In this document: positions 49,410-58,726 of the stretch, piece by piece
Numbering within the stretch: the stretch's first letter is position 1
Layout of the letters: each line of letters begins with the position of its first letter
Origin: a virus
Length of the DNA: 64,000 nucleotides
Virus record (IMG/VR): IMGVR_UViG_3300037520_001064
Span: 25,589 to 89,588 of that record
Reading direction: 5' to 3' (one strand)
Notes under the pieces: generated by a model
What the model was told of the DNA's origin: nothing
Seen by the model: only the letters and a program-made list of their open reading frames with translations
Database searches by the model: none
Program-made: the position numbers and the translations under genes

Positions 49410-49700
49410 CTAATTAATTTTCATCCAATTTCCATCCCATACAAATTTCTCATCGAATATCCATTGTCCTTTAGGTCCTCTAAGTTTAATGTTGAAACCT
49501 TTTAATCTTTCTTGAGTTGTTCTAGAGAATCCATATTTACCATCACTTATGTATATACCATCGTGCTCTTTTTTAGCAATAGCTCTACCATGTAAGTACA
49601 TAGTTATTACACCATCATTGAATCTAACTTCTGTGTTTCTAGATTTGAATCTTCTTCCAGCATTGAAAGCATCATGTGCATCTCTAGTTATCTGTCTCAT
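49410..49700 (-). CDS. Hypothetical phage protein
   Basis: 96 aa (MYLHGRAIA...SRTTQERL). Confidence 0.6.
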   Translation of the reverse strand: MRQITRDAHDAFNAGRRFKSRNTEVRFNDGVITMYLHGRAIAKKEHDGIYISDGKYGFSRTTQERLKGFNIKLRGPKGQWIFDEKFVWDGNWMKIN

Positions 49701-50127
49701 CAGTTTCTTCTTTAGGTGTTACTGTTTCTTCATCTATCACTTCTAGTTCTTCAACAGGAGGAGGAGGTGTAAGCTTAGTCTCTAACATTTCAAATGCAGC
49801 TTCTATAGCAAACATCTCTGCTTCTTTCCTTGTCTTCCAAGAGTTAGTAGTGGCCTCATTACCAATCTTACATGTGAATGTTACATCTGGATACATAAAT
49901 ATCTCTATAAAGAGATCGTTCTCATCAAATACATCAAGTAACATCCTTGGATTGACATCAATCATTTTTGACAACTTATCATTCTCCACTCCTTGCTCAC
50001 GCATGTAGTCTTTGAATTCATCTGGTACATTCTCGTCATTAAGTGATTCAATCATTTTCTCAAGAAACCATTCTCTAACCACCTTAGCTGTTAAGGGATA
50101 TCTTTCTAATAATTCTAATCCATTCAT
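49684..50127 (-). CDS. Hypothetical protein
   Basis: Acidic 147-aa ORF. Confidence 0.6.
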   Translation of the reverse strand: MNGLELLERYPLTAKVVREWFLEKMIESLNDENVPDEFKDYMREQGVENDKLSKMIDVNPRMLLDVFDENDLFIEIFMYPDVTFTCKIGNEATTNSWKTRKEAEMFAIEAAFEMLETKLTPPPPVEELEVIDEETVTPKEETDETDN

Positions 50128-50137
50128 AATATTTGTT

Positions 50138-50332
50138 TTAAATTTTCTTTTTTAATTCTATTTCAGCATCCTTCCACCAGTCTCTTTCGAAATCAAGTTC
50201 ACCTAGTGGATCAAGATCTTTGCATGCATTGTATCTGATGTCATACATCAAACTAGCTAATCTACAGAATTCAGCAGCATTCTTACTGCCTACTTCTTCT
50301 ATAATAACCTCTAATATTTCTCTGTTGCACAT
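50138..50332 (-). CDS. Hypothetical protein
   Basis: 64-aa ORF in the operon. Confidence 0.5.
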   Translation of the reverse strand: MCNREILEVIIEEVGSKNAAEFCRLASLMYDIRYNACKDLDPLGELDFERDWWKDAEIELKKKI

Positions 50333-50880
50333 AATGATTCTTTTATTTTATCAAGTTCTAAAATTTCTTTTGTTTCGTCCCAACCTTCCCACACTTCATA
50401 ATCATCTTCCCATTCTACACCTAGCTTATTCTCCCAGAATTCTATAAGATCTTCAGCTTTGTTAAAGATTCTGTATTGTAAAGAGATTTCATCTTTATGT
50501 AATCCATTTTTAGTAATCTTAACAATCTTTGGGAACATCTTCTGAAAGTCTTTTGATGTTTTAGAATAACTTCCCTGCTTGATTAGATCAAAGTCTTTCT
50601 TATAATTAGTGTTTAGTTGATATACAACAACAACAAACCCATCTTCATAATCATAATCTTCTATGATGTTCTTGGTTCTCTCGTACTCACTATCTAGAAA
50701 CTCTCTAAACTTATCCAGATCTTCTGGTTTAAATAGTAGATATATAGATTCATTATATTGATCTTCTTTTCTTGCATCTTTTACATATGCATTTAGAAAT
50801 CCATTGTTTCTAAGAGCGTCTTTAGGTACCTTGAGAGTAGGTACCATAAAGATGCTAGTTATATTCTTTTTTACTTCCAT
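50311..50880 (-). CDS. Hypothetical protein adjacent to the exonuclease
   Basis: Likely start MEVKK; contains FLNAY...YLLF...GSYSKTS. Confidence 0.6.
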   Translation of the reverse strand: MEVKKNITSIFMVPTLKVPKDALRNNGFLNAYVKDARKEDQYNESIYLLFKPEDLDKFREFLDSEYERTKNIIEDYDYEDGFVVVVYQLNTNYKKDFDLIKQGSYSKTSKDFQKMFPKIVKITKNGLHKDEISLQYRIFNKAEDLIEFWENKLGVEWEDDYEVWEGWDETKEILELDKIKESLCATEKY

Positions 50881-50881
50881 A

Positions 50882-51934
50882 TCATCCTTTGATATTAACA
50901 ATTCCGTTAGACAAATAATTTTTGTGGCTTATATTCCATGTATTTGTAGATACACACCAAGTTAATGCTGCAATCAAATCTCCTACACCAGGATAAGTTC
51001 TTCCTTTATGTACAAATCCTTTGTACGCATCTCCCATATCATCCATATCAAGAGTGTAGATTAATGGCTGATAATAGTTTGTGCTGTCACATACAATAAA
51101 TTGTAAATAGTTTACTCTATATCCATAACAAGGACTATCTGGATCATTTGCTATGTGTAACATTGCATAGAAATATAAGTACGCTTGGATGTACGCTCTT
51201 CTGTACAAGTAATACTCTTCATAGAAGTTCTCTACACTCCATGTGCACTTAAGATCGTAAGGACTTATCACCTTCTCTTGATGATCGATGATCACCTTAT
51301 CAAGCATACTCTTGAAATTATGGCCATCAACTGTATATCCTTCAACTTGCATCTGGTCAATCACTTCATATCTAGAACTGTTTACAAGATTAACAATTGG
51401 AGCTGTAGTGCTATTAGTCTTAAGCTGCTCTACAATCTTCTCTGCAACAGCTATCTCTGTAGTGTTTACAACAGTTAGATTGTTAGTTCTCACTCTTCTG
51501 ATTTCATTGTAATAAATCTCAGCTTCACTTCCTATGAACTTGCTCATAACAGCTTCATACTTAATCTTGAATCCTGAAATATTATATGCTTCTAAAGACA
51601 TATCTGCAAAGTCTCTGGTAATCTTACCTGATTCATCTGTAGCATCTCTTGTTACACGATATAAAGCTTCAACAAAATCTAACATCAATCCTGTTGGTGT
51701 AGAAGTACAAGATGACATATAGAACTTATCATCAAATAGATGTGGTTCCATAAGTAGGGTTTCAACTATTCTACCCATATTAGCTGCAGAGCTATCTTTG
51801 TCTTCTACTGTTTCATTAAGTATATACTTTCTGTAATACTTCTTTCTATCCATTGAGAAATCTTTCAATGAACTAGAACTATCTAGCATTACTTCTCTAT
51901 AGTTCGCTTCTGTTTTACTGTTTCCTTTTATCAT
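50882..51934 (-). CDS. PD-(D/E)XK exonuclease (RecE/DUF3799-like)
   Basis: SSSSLKDF, GRIVETLL, FKSMLDKVIIDH, YDLKCT and YIQAYLY motifs. Confidence 0.75.
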   Translation of the reverse strand: MIKGNSKTEANYREVMLDSSSSLKDFSMDRKKYYRKYILNETVEDKDSSAANMGRIVETLLMEPHLFDDKFYMSSCTSTPTGLMLDFVEALYRVTRDATDESGKITRDFADMSLEAYNISGFKIKYEAVMSKFIGSEAEIYYNEIRRVRTNNLTVVNTTEIAVAEKIVEQLKTNSTTAPIVNLVNSSRYEVIDQMQVEGYTVDGHNFKSMLDKVIIDHQEKVISPYDLKCTWSVENFYEEYYLYRRAYIQAYLYFYAMLHIANDPDSPCYGYRVNYLQFIVCDSTNYYQPLIYTLDMDDMGDAYKGFVHKGRTYPGVGDLIAALTWCVSTNTWNISHKNYLSNGIVNIKG

Positions 51935-52161
51935 AATGTTTGTTTGAAAGCTTCAATAATTTGTGGATACAAAGCTCGTATCTCCCTTGGTACTCTAGCG
52001 AAGAACCATCTAACCTCTAGTTCATATTCTTCTCCTCCATTATCTAATCCCTGAGGATGTATTAACCAGAAGTAATGGAACTTCCCATTATGTTCTATAT
52101 GGCCTTCATGCCACACCTCATTAAATGCAGGTGTTTTGTTAATTGTTATTGCGTTTGTCAT
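51931..52161 (-). CDS. Hypothetical protein
   Basis: 76-aa ORF with ATGA coupling to its neighbours. Confidence 0.6.
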   Translation of the reverse strand: MTNAITINKTPAFNEVWHEGHIEHNGKFHYFWLIHPQGLDNGGEEYELEVRWFFARVPREIRALYPQIIEAFKQTL

Positions 52162-52490
52162 AATTCAAGTTTTTTTAAATCTTCATCAATTCTTTTTAAG
52201 AATGATTCACTACCATCATCTCCTGATAATAACCAATCCATTCTTTGCATATAAATTTGTGCTATCTTAACCATTGTTGATGCAGCTTTAAACTGTTTAA
52301 TCACTTCATCAGAATATTCATGATGGTTTAAATCTTCAGGATATTTTTTATACCACTCATCATCATGCCAATTTTCTTCTTTAAGTTCTTCTTCAGTTTT
52401 TGGCTTACCATTCTGTTCAATAAGCTTATCTATATCCTCTGCTACATCAGTAAGTCTATACTGTAAATAGTCCCAGTGTCCTCCACTCAT
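52158..52490 (-). CDS. Conserved hypothetical phage protein
   Basis: MSGGHWDY...DWLLSGDDG. Confidence 0.65.
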   Translation of the reverse strand: MSGGHWDYLQYRLTDVAEDIDKLIEQNGKPKTEEELKEENWHDDEWYKKYPEDLNHHEYSDEVIKQFKAASTMVKIAQIYMQRMDWLLSGDDGSESFLKRIDEDLKKLEL

Positions 52491-52492
52491 AA

Positions 52493-52651
52493 TTAATATA
52501 ATTTAATTCTAAAGCCCCATCTTGATGTAGCCATGTATTGTTCAAAATAACAGTCTTGCCAATACCACACCATTTCACCTGCCACTCTATCATAGAATGG
52601 TGCTCTTGTAGTTTTGACCATGGTCCATCTACTTATAAGATTCTTTATCAT
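52493..52651 (-). CDS. Small hypothetical protein (52 aa, not in the ORF track)
   Basis: MIKNLISRWTMVKTTRAPFYDRVAGEMVWYWQDCYFEQYMATSRWGFRIKLY; fills the gap between genes with ATGA coupling. Confidence 0.5.
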   Translation of the reverse strand: MIKNLISRWTMVKTTRAPFYDRVAGEMVWYWQDCYFEQYMATSRWGFRIKLY

Positions 52652-53034
52652 AATTTCTTTTTAGATTGTTTTTCTTTTAATGTTTTCTTGTTGTGACAAG
52701 TTTCACAAAGCACCTGTAGGTTATCTTGTTCACAGAATAGTCTTTCAACAAACAACGGTAAGTCTTGTGCACAGTTTAAACTCCCTGCTGGGATGATGTG
52801 GTCCACATTAATCTTTTTCTCTGGATGCCACTTCTTACATTTCTTACACTGATACTCATACTTCTGACGTTTATTTGCTCCTTGATAATCTCTACGTGCA
52901 TTTAGTTTACATACTGATATGGGTTTCCACCATCTACTCTTTTGTCTCAAAGCACTACGTATGAAGCTCCAGAAGGCTGCTTCACTCATTGTACCATTAC
53001 ATCTTGTCTTTGGGACCAACACTCTCTTTGCCAT
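52648..53034 (-). CDS. HNH endonuclease
   Basis: YQCKKC...VDHIIP...NLQVLCETCHNKKT. Confidence 0.85.
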   Translation of the reverse strand: MAKRVLVPKTRCNGTMSEAAFWSFIRSALRQKSRWWKPISVCKLNARRDYQGANKRQKYEYQCKKCKKWHPEKKINVDHIIPAGSLNCAQDLPLFVERLFCEQDNLQVLCETCHNKKTLKEKQSKKKL

Positions 53035-53047
53035 ATAGTTATAATTA

Positions 53048-53086
53048 AGTTATGCCACAAATATAAGAAATATTCATGGCATAACT
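53048..53086 (-). promoter_or_regulatory. Hairpin containing a TATATTTG -7 element
   Basis: - strand AGTTATGCCATGAATAT-TTCTT-ATATTTGTGGCATAACT. Confidence 0.55.
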
Positions 53087-53096
53087 ATATTAATTA

Positions 53097-54620
53097 TTAT
53101 TTAATCGTACTAACACGTTTGCTTATCTTAGCTTTCATCTCACTAAGACTATTAACAATGTTATTGATTTCTACAGCAGAAATAGCTGGCATGTTGAATT
53201 GATACTTTTTAGACTCAGTAGCAAATCCATCTTTAGCTCTCTCAGCAAGAGATTCTAATTCACGAATAGCATACTCTTCATCTAATTGGATTGTATCAAA
53301 CATTCCATCATGTAAAATTCTAGTAGCTTCTTCTCTTGGTACAGTCATAATTGGAAGATACTCATAACATCTACCTTTGTGTGTACCAATACCAACCACT
53401 TTCATAGGATTGATAAGAACGATAACAGATTGATCACCACAACCTACATAGTGAATCTGGTCAGCTGTGAAGTGTAATCCTGCAGCAGCACAATCTTGTG
53501 TACTCCAGTTACATTCTTCCATAGGCATACTAGTCACTTGTCCAATACGGATATCAAATGTTTTAGTCCAGTCATCAGTGAATCTGTTCTCTGCTCTATT
53601 AGGAAGATCCAAATATAGTTCTACAAGATTACCAATCTTCTCACCATGATTTACAGCCCATGTTTCAGTGTAAGTATATTCTTCCACTTCTCCTGAACCA
53701 TCACAATTATCACAATCAATCCAGTTATTATCATCTTCCCATTCTTCATCATACCATCCACCATCACCTAAACAATCAGGACATGTAGTTGTTGTGTGAG
53801 TTTCTTCTTTGAACAATTTATCATCGTGCACAAGTTTGTATTCACCATCTTCTAAGAACACTGTATACTCAGATGGATTCTTCTTCCATACAGCTTTAAC
53901 CTTGTTGTATGCATTACTGATAAAATGTACAAGCTCAGGAGAACCATGAAGCGTTACAACATTTCTCAATGCTACAACAAAACCTTGTCTAGTGATTCTG
54001 AAAGAATTCTCACTCAAGAATCTATATAGCTCATGTGCCACTTCAGCTCTTGGGTTTAAACAACACCACATGAAGAAGTTCTTCAATGCTACATACTCAT
54101 CATCATTATTAAGAGCATCTTGAAATGTTTTATGATATTCAAGTTGGTGTCCAACTCTATCTACCACTCTAATGAATTCTTCTACTAATATCTGAGGCAT
54201 ACTTCTAGATGTACCAGTTAGATAAACTGTTGTACCTTCTACAGTGAAATCATCAAAATTAGCAAGTGATTCTATTCCCTTTTGTAGAGCTTTGATTCTA
54301 GCTGCTTCAGCTCTAATCTTCTCTACATCAGCTGCCACCTCTGCAGAAGCTATAATAGCATGTATTTCATGTACATTTCTTGCATTAGAAACAGCATGAA
54401 AATCTTCTTCTGTTGCTCCAGGTTTACTAATTATACTTCCATCTCTTAACACCACTGTAAGTGTGTCATTAACCAACTTAATATTTAAGAATGGTTTCTC
54501 ATAATATTTAGGAGCTTCTTCTTGCTCCATTAAAGATTCTAACTTGTTAGCTACCACTTTAGCTATTGCATTCTCTGCTGTTTGCTTGAACCAGTCAAGG
54601 CTTAAAAATTTGTTGCTCAT
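53097..54620 (-). CDS. rIIB: rIIB-like protein with an inserted DnaJ-type zinc finger
   Basis: NFFMWCCLNP...ELYRFL...ITRQGFVVALR and IGQVTSM...CAAAGLH...LINPMKVV...GRCYEY motifs; lies downstream of the rIIA-like gene. Confidence 0.7.
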   Translation of the reverse strand: MSNKFLSLDWFKQTAENAIAKVVANKLESLMEQEEAPKYYEKPFLNIKLVNDTLTVVLRDGSIISKPGATEEDFHAVSNARNVHEIHAIIASAEVAADVEKIRAEAARIKALQKGIESLANFDDFTVEGTTVYLTGTSRSMPQILVEEFIRVVDRVGHQLEYHKTFQDALNNDDEYVALKNFFMWCCLNPRAEVAHELYRFLSENSFRITRQGFVVALRNVVTLHGSPELVHFISNAYNKVKAVWKKNPSEYTVFLEDGEYKLVHDDKLFKEETHTTTTCPDCLGDGGWYDEEWEDDNNWIDCDNCDGSGEVEEYTYTETWAVNHGEKIGNLVELYLDLPNRAENRFTDDWTKTFDIRIGQVTSMPMEECNWSTQDCAAAGLHFTADQIHYVGCGDQSVIVLINPMKVVGIGTHKGRCYEYLPIMTVPREEATRILHDGMFDTIQLDEEYAIRELESLAERAKDGFATESKKYQFNMPAISAVEINNIVNSLSEMKAKISKRVSTIK

Positions 54621-54650
54621 TGTATTTAATTTTAATTGTTACTTTTTAAT

Positions 54651-54672
54651 AAGAGGGGATTTCTCCCCTCTT
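54651..54672 (-). terminator. GAAA-tetraloop hairpin between rIIA and rIIB
   Basis: AAGAGGGGA-GAAA-TCCCCTCTT on the - strand; weak U tract. Confidence 0.5.
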
Positions 54673-54675
54673 TCT

Positions 54676-56970
54676 TTAATCTACTAAATCTTCAATTGTT
54701 TCTTCGGTTAATACTTCTTCATTGATTCTAATGTTGTAGTGTTTTAGGTTCACTCTGTGTTTGTAATACTTAAATAAGTCAGTCATTACACCTACCATCT
54801 GATCACCTTCATTAAAATATCCTGCTCTAGAGCATAAAGGATTTAAGAATGTAAGTTTATTGAATATGTCTAACATTTCTAAATACTCAGGATAGATGTT
54901 CATGTCAAACAATTTATGTTCTTCAGCCACTGCTAACATAGCCACTTTTAAAGATCCATCGCTATCATAATAATGTGTGCGTTTGTAATCCATTAGTGTT
55001 CTTATCTTATCAGCAAGATCTTTAGATACAAATTCTATCTGATCCACTCTATCGAAGATGTGTCTGTAATTACTCATCAAGTCATTGATTAACATTGATG
55101 TAATTATTCTTTTGAATGGTGCATTTTTCCCCTCCATAAATTTATCGTATGATATTAAATTGTGTATTTCTAATTGTTCAACTACTTTAAGTTCTCTAGC
55201 AGAAAATGTAATTACTTCCATCTTCTGTTTTTGCATCACTCCATACAAAGCATCAAGCTTCATATAATCATCGTGATGAGCATAAACCTTTAAGTGCTTA
55301 GCACTTGCAAGATCTTCTAACTTATATAGTTGTGAATCAAACTTACACTTTCTACCATCATTCCATCTCATAAGGTCTACACCTTTCTTACAAACAATCT
55401 CTCCCTGTATCTTAAGTCTTTTACCAGTTCCTCCAGTAGTTATTTTAACTTTCTTCTTACTGTCAATGAAAGATTGTGGTACAACCAAATCATCAAGGCT
55501 AGTAAACTGTGCCTCAACTAAAGACATGATGTATTGATATTCTTTAATAACATCTCTCCATTGTGATTTTGGATAGTTACCAAGACCTAGTAAGTGATAA
55601 TATGTTTTACTGTCAAACTTAGCAGCAATTCCTAATTTTATAGGACCACTTCTTTTAACAATATAATTGTATTCACTTTCTTTACATGTAGCTCTTAGAT
55701 AATCTTTCTTGATCTGAGGAATTCTGTCATCATATACCCACACTTTAGCATTACCATTACAGATACTCTCTAAAGTGTATCCCCATACATAATGTTTATC
55801 AGTGTCCTGCATTCTTTTGTATCTCAATAAGAATTTAGAAGGGAATGAATAATTTATCATCTCATTTTTACGTTCTTTGTATAATGATGGAAAATCAATT
55901 AAGTTAATACCTTCTATCTGTGGAACAGCAATTTGCACTTGAGAATACTTTAAGAAAGAATCAATTCTTTCTGTATTACCATTGGCCATTGTAATTCTAT
56001 GACCATTCTTCTCAAGATGATTGATAACAGAAGTAAGATCATTACCATCAGTTAGTTGCTCATTGTACTTGTTGACAAAATAATCTGCTACCTGACCAAG
56101 TTTAGCTATGATGATTTGCTTAGCTTCCTGAGTATAACGCAAAGATTCTCTATTAGGAGTTGGATATAATCCATCAGTTAAAGTGAATCTAAGAGCTACA
56201 GGAAAATCAATTCTATCAATACCCACCTTCTCAAAGTCTAGAGGATAATACACATTGTCAAGACAAATATGTAATCTATCATCTGTGCTCATCTCAGAAA
56301 ACTGAAAGTGTGTATGTCTAGAGATAACAAAGTCATTGGTAATAGAAGAATCACCTGGTACATCGAAATAAACACTCTCGAAATAACATAATTGCTCCTT
56401 AATCTTTTTACGGAACTGATATGCATCATTATACTTAACAGGAATAATCACTTTTACACCATTACCTTCTGTTGTAGGCATTTCATATAAAAGATCGATA
56501 GTGTTAGTATCTTCTCCTTCGTACATCATGTACTTGCGTTCCATACCATCTTTTCTACATACAAAATAGAAACTAGATGAATAAGCTAATGGTGCTTTGA
56601 AACCAAGACCCATCATACCAAGCTCAGTGTTACTGTCACGCTTGGTAGACTTACCATACTTACTAATAATGTTCTTCACATCATCAGCATCTAGACCAAT
56701 ACCAAAATCCTCTACGCAGAATTCATAATTGTAACTAGAATTTTCTTTAAATGATACAATGATAGGAGTGTCCACTCCAGCTCTTCTATGGCTATCTAGT
56801 GCATTGGATGCACACTCTCGGATAGCAGAACCTATGTCATCAGAATATAAATTCTTACTTAACATCTGCATCAATATCTGTGCAGAATCTAAGTCTAGTG
56901 ACATTCCTATACTTTCTTGTGATTGTCCTTCTAATAGAACGTTGCTTTCTGTCTGTTTTTCTAAAATCAT
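54676..56970 (-). CDS. rIIA: rIIA-like protein (N-terminal GHKL/HSP90-like ATPase)
   Basis: LYSD...IRECASNALDSH, EDFGIG, STKR...GMMGLGFKAPLAY and PTPNRESL motifs. Confidence 0.8.
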   Translation of the reverse strand: MILEKQTESNVLLEGQSQESIGMSLDLDSAQILMQMLSKNLYSDDIGSAIRECASNALDSHRRAGVDTPIIVSFKENSSYNYEFCVEDFGIGLDADDVKNIISKYGKSTKRDSNTELGMMGLGFKAPLAYSSSFYFVCRKDGMERKYMMYEGEDTNTIDLLYEMPTTEGNGVKVIIPVKYNDAYQFRKKIKEQLCYFESVYFDVPGDSSITNDFVISRHTHFQFSEMSTDDRLHICLDNVYYPLDFEKVGIDRIDFPVALRFTLTDGLYPTPNRESLRYTQEAKQIIIAKLGQVADYFVNKYNEQLTDGNDLTSVINHLEKNGHRITMANGNTERIDSFLKYSQVQIAVPQIEGINLIDFPSLYKERKNEMINYSFPSKFLLRYKRMQDTDKHYVWGYTLESICNGNAKVWVYDDRIPQIKKDYLRATCKESEYNYIVKRSGPIKLGIAAKFDSKTYYHLLGLGNYPKSQWRDVIKEYQYIMSLVEAQFTSLDDLVVPQSFIDSKKKVKITTGGTGKRLKIQGEIVCKKGVDLMRWNDGRKCKFDSQLYKLEDLASAKHLKVYAHHDDYMKLDALYGVMQKQKMEVITFSARELKVVEQLEIHNLISYDKFMEGKNAPFKRIITSMLINDLMSNYRHIFDRVDQIEFVSKDLADKIRTLMDYKRTHYYDSDGSLKVAMLAVAEEHKLFDMNIYPEYLEMLDIFNKLTFLNPLCSRAGYFNEGDQMVGVMTDLFKYYKHRVNLKHYNIRINEEVLTEETIEDLVD

Positions 56971-56981
56971 TTTTCTTTAAT

Positions 56982-57269
56982 TTAAATTGTTTCTCTTTTT
57001 ACTAACCAAATATTTCTGTAATTAAAATCTACATACTTTTCTTTTGTATGTCCTTCTCCTGTTAATGTTCCTCTTCTATCCCATGATTTTGTATCATGTT
57101 CCTTATAAGAACATTTCACTCTAGAATAATAAGTATCACCTCTCCAATTAGGAGTTTTACCTAATTTTAGTGGTCTAAGAACTCTCACATATTGGATGTA
57201 ACCATTACCATGAATGATAACTTCATCTCCTTTTTGTAACTCGTCAATTGTAATTTCTCTGTTTTCCAT
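56982..57269 (-). CDS. Hypothetical protein
   Basis: 95-aa ORF. Confidence 0.55.
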   Translation of the reverse strand: MENREITIDELQKGDEVIIHGNGYIQYVRVLRPLKLGKTPNWRGDTYYSRVKCSYKEHDTKSWDRRGTLTGEGHTKEKYVDFNYRNIWLVKRETI

Positions 57270-57274
57270 AATTT

Positions 57275-57595
57275 CTAACTTAATAATGAAACTTTATCTA
57301 ATAACTCTTTTGTTGCTTTAGTAATCATTTTTTGTTTAACTTGCATTTTTAGTCCAGCATTTAATGATTTTCTAACATCGTACATACTGTCATATGAAAG
57401 TGATTTAACTTGTCTAGTACCATGTCTATCCTTTTCCCATTCAGATGCTACATGTAAATGACCACCATCATAATCCCCATTGTCTTTAAGAAATTGTGTT
57501 ATTTCATCTGTTATGTGACGTACAAATTTATCAATCTGAGCATCTATTTTTTTTTCTATTAATTGGTCTATTTGACCTGTTGTTGGTTCTGCCAT
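57275..57595 (-). CDS. Hypothetical protein
   Basis: 106-aa ORF. Confidence 0.55.
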   Translation of the reverse strand: MAEPTTGQIDQLIEKKIDAQIDKFVRHITDEITQFLKDNGDYDGGHLHVASEWEKDRHGTRQVKSLSYDSMYDVRKSLNAGLKMQVKQKMITKATKELLDKVSLLS

Positions 57596-57614
57596 GTTTT
57601 CTAATTTTTAATTG

Positions 57615-58334
57615 TTAAAAGGGTGCATCAATGTCTAACCACATGACACTAAACCCATTGTTTTCTTCTAATAACCTGTTCACCTTTGTGAATACACCTT
57701 CTGTATCCCAATCTATTCCTTTATAAGATGCACTTGCTGGATGACTCACTTCAAACACATGAGCAAATATGCCTGTGTATTTTTTGTATTTAGCTGCATC
57801 TTTACCAAGAAACACAATTGGTACACCTAAGTAGTTAATCACTTCCTCAAACAGATATTTCATAAATGGTTCCCATATTTCTAAATGAGAGCCTGCTTTA
57901 TTAATCTCTGTAGTTAAAGCGGCATTAAGCATTAACACTCCCTGGTGAGCTAAGAAGCTTACATCTGGATTCTCTATAATAGATAGATTCAATCCATCAT
58001 AGAATTCTTTCTCCATAGCTCTATAAAACTGATCTAATGAAGGTTGAACTTGTTCTGTAATAGAACAACCCATAAGTAAACCATCTGCTACAGGAGCATC
58101 ATTCTTAAGTGTATGATATGGACATAGTCCTACCAAAACCACTTTAATGTCATCTAATGGTGTCTCTAAGAAGCATCTCCAAACATGCATAGAGAGAGGA
58201 GCAACTCTTTTGCCCCTCTTACTCTCTGCTTTTAGAAATGCATAAATCTTATCACACTCTTCACTCTCTATGAATGGACGCATCTTTGCATGCCATGATG
58301 GGTGAAACTGGTGTTTAAAATTATCCCAATTCAT
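57615..58334 (-). CDS. ung: Uracil-DNA glycosylase family 1-like, with divergent catalytic motif
   Basis: KVVLVGLCPYH (canonical GQDPYH), ADGL, QGVLMLNAALT and SHPAS. Confidence 0.8.
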   Translation of the reverse strand: MNWDNFKHQFHPSWHAKMRPFIESEECDKIYAFLKAESKRGKRVAPLSMHVWRCFLETPLDDIKVVLVGLCPYHTLKNDAPVADGLLMGCSITEQVQPSLDQFYRAMEKEFYDGLNLSIIENPDVSFLAHQGVLMLNAALTTEINKAGSHLEIWEPFMKYLFEEVINYLGVPIVFLGKDAAKYKKYTGIFAHVFEVSHPASASYKGIDWDTEGVFTKVNRLLEENNGFSVMWLDIDAPF

Positions 58335-58560
58335 CTTCTCTACTGTCTACAACATTAAACATCCCTGTGATTTCAACATCACCATTTTCATATCTATAAA
58401 ACTCTCCAAAATCTGTATCATCCAATCCTCTATCGATAGCAGCTATGTCTTCTCTAGTTACTGGTCTTCCAGGTACTTGTCTTCTAGTTTTATTCACTTT
58501 ATTATACTCATTGAAAAATACATCAATGGTAAGATTTCCAACTTTAATTGTCTGATTCAT
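58321..58560 (-). CDS. Hypothetical protein
   Basis: 79-aa ORF. Confidence 0.5.
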   Translation of the reverse strand: MNQTIKVGNLTIDVFFNEYNKVNKTRRQVPGRPVTREDIAAIDRGLDDTDFGEFYRYENGDVEITGMFNVVDSREDELG

Positions 58561-58726
58561 CTTCTATTAATTGTCTAATTGATTCTTTACATAGTTCTAT
58601 TTCGTGAGTAGGAGAACCTCCTTCTTCTATCTCATCATGACATAGAGAAACAAAATCCCATATATCATCAAACTTATCTGGGTGTTCATTCTTTAATGAT
58701 CTGGCCCATTGCACAAGCTCTTCCAT
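58544..58726 (-). CDS. Hypothetical protein
   Basis: 60-aa acidic ORF. Confidence 0.5.
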   Translation of the reverse strand: MEELVQWARSLKNEHPDKFDDIWDFVSLCHDEIEEGGSPTHEIELCKESIRQLIEDESDN

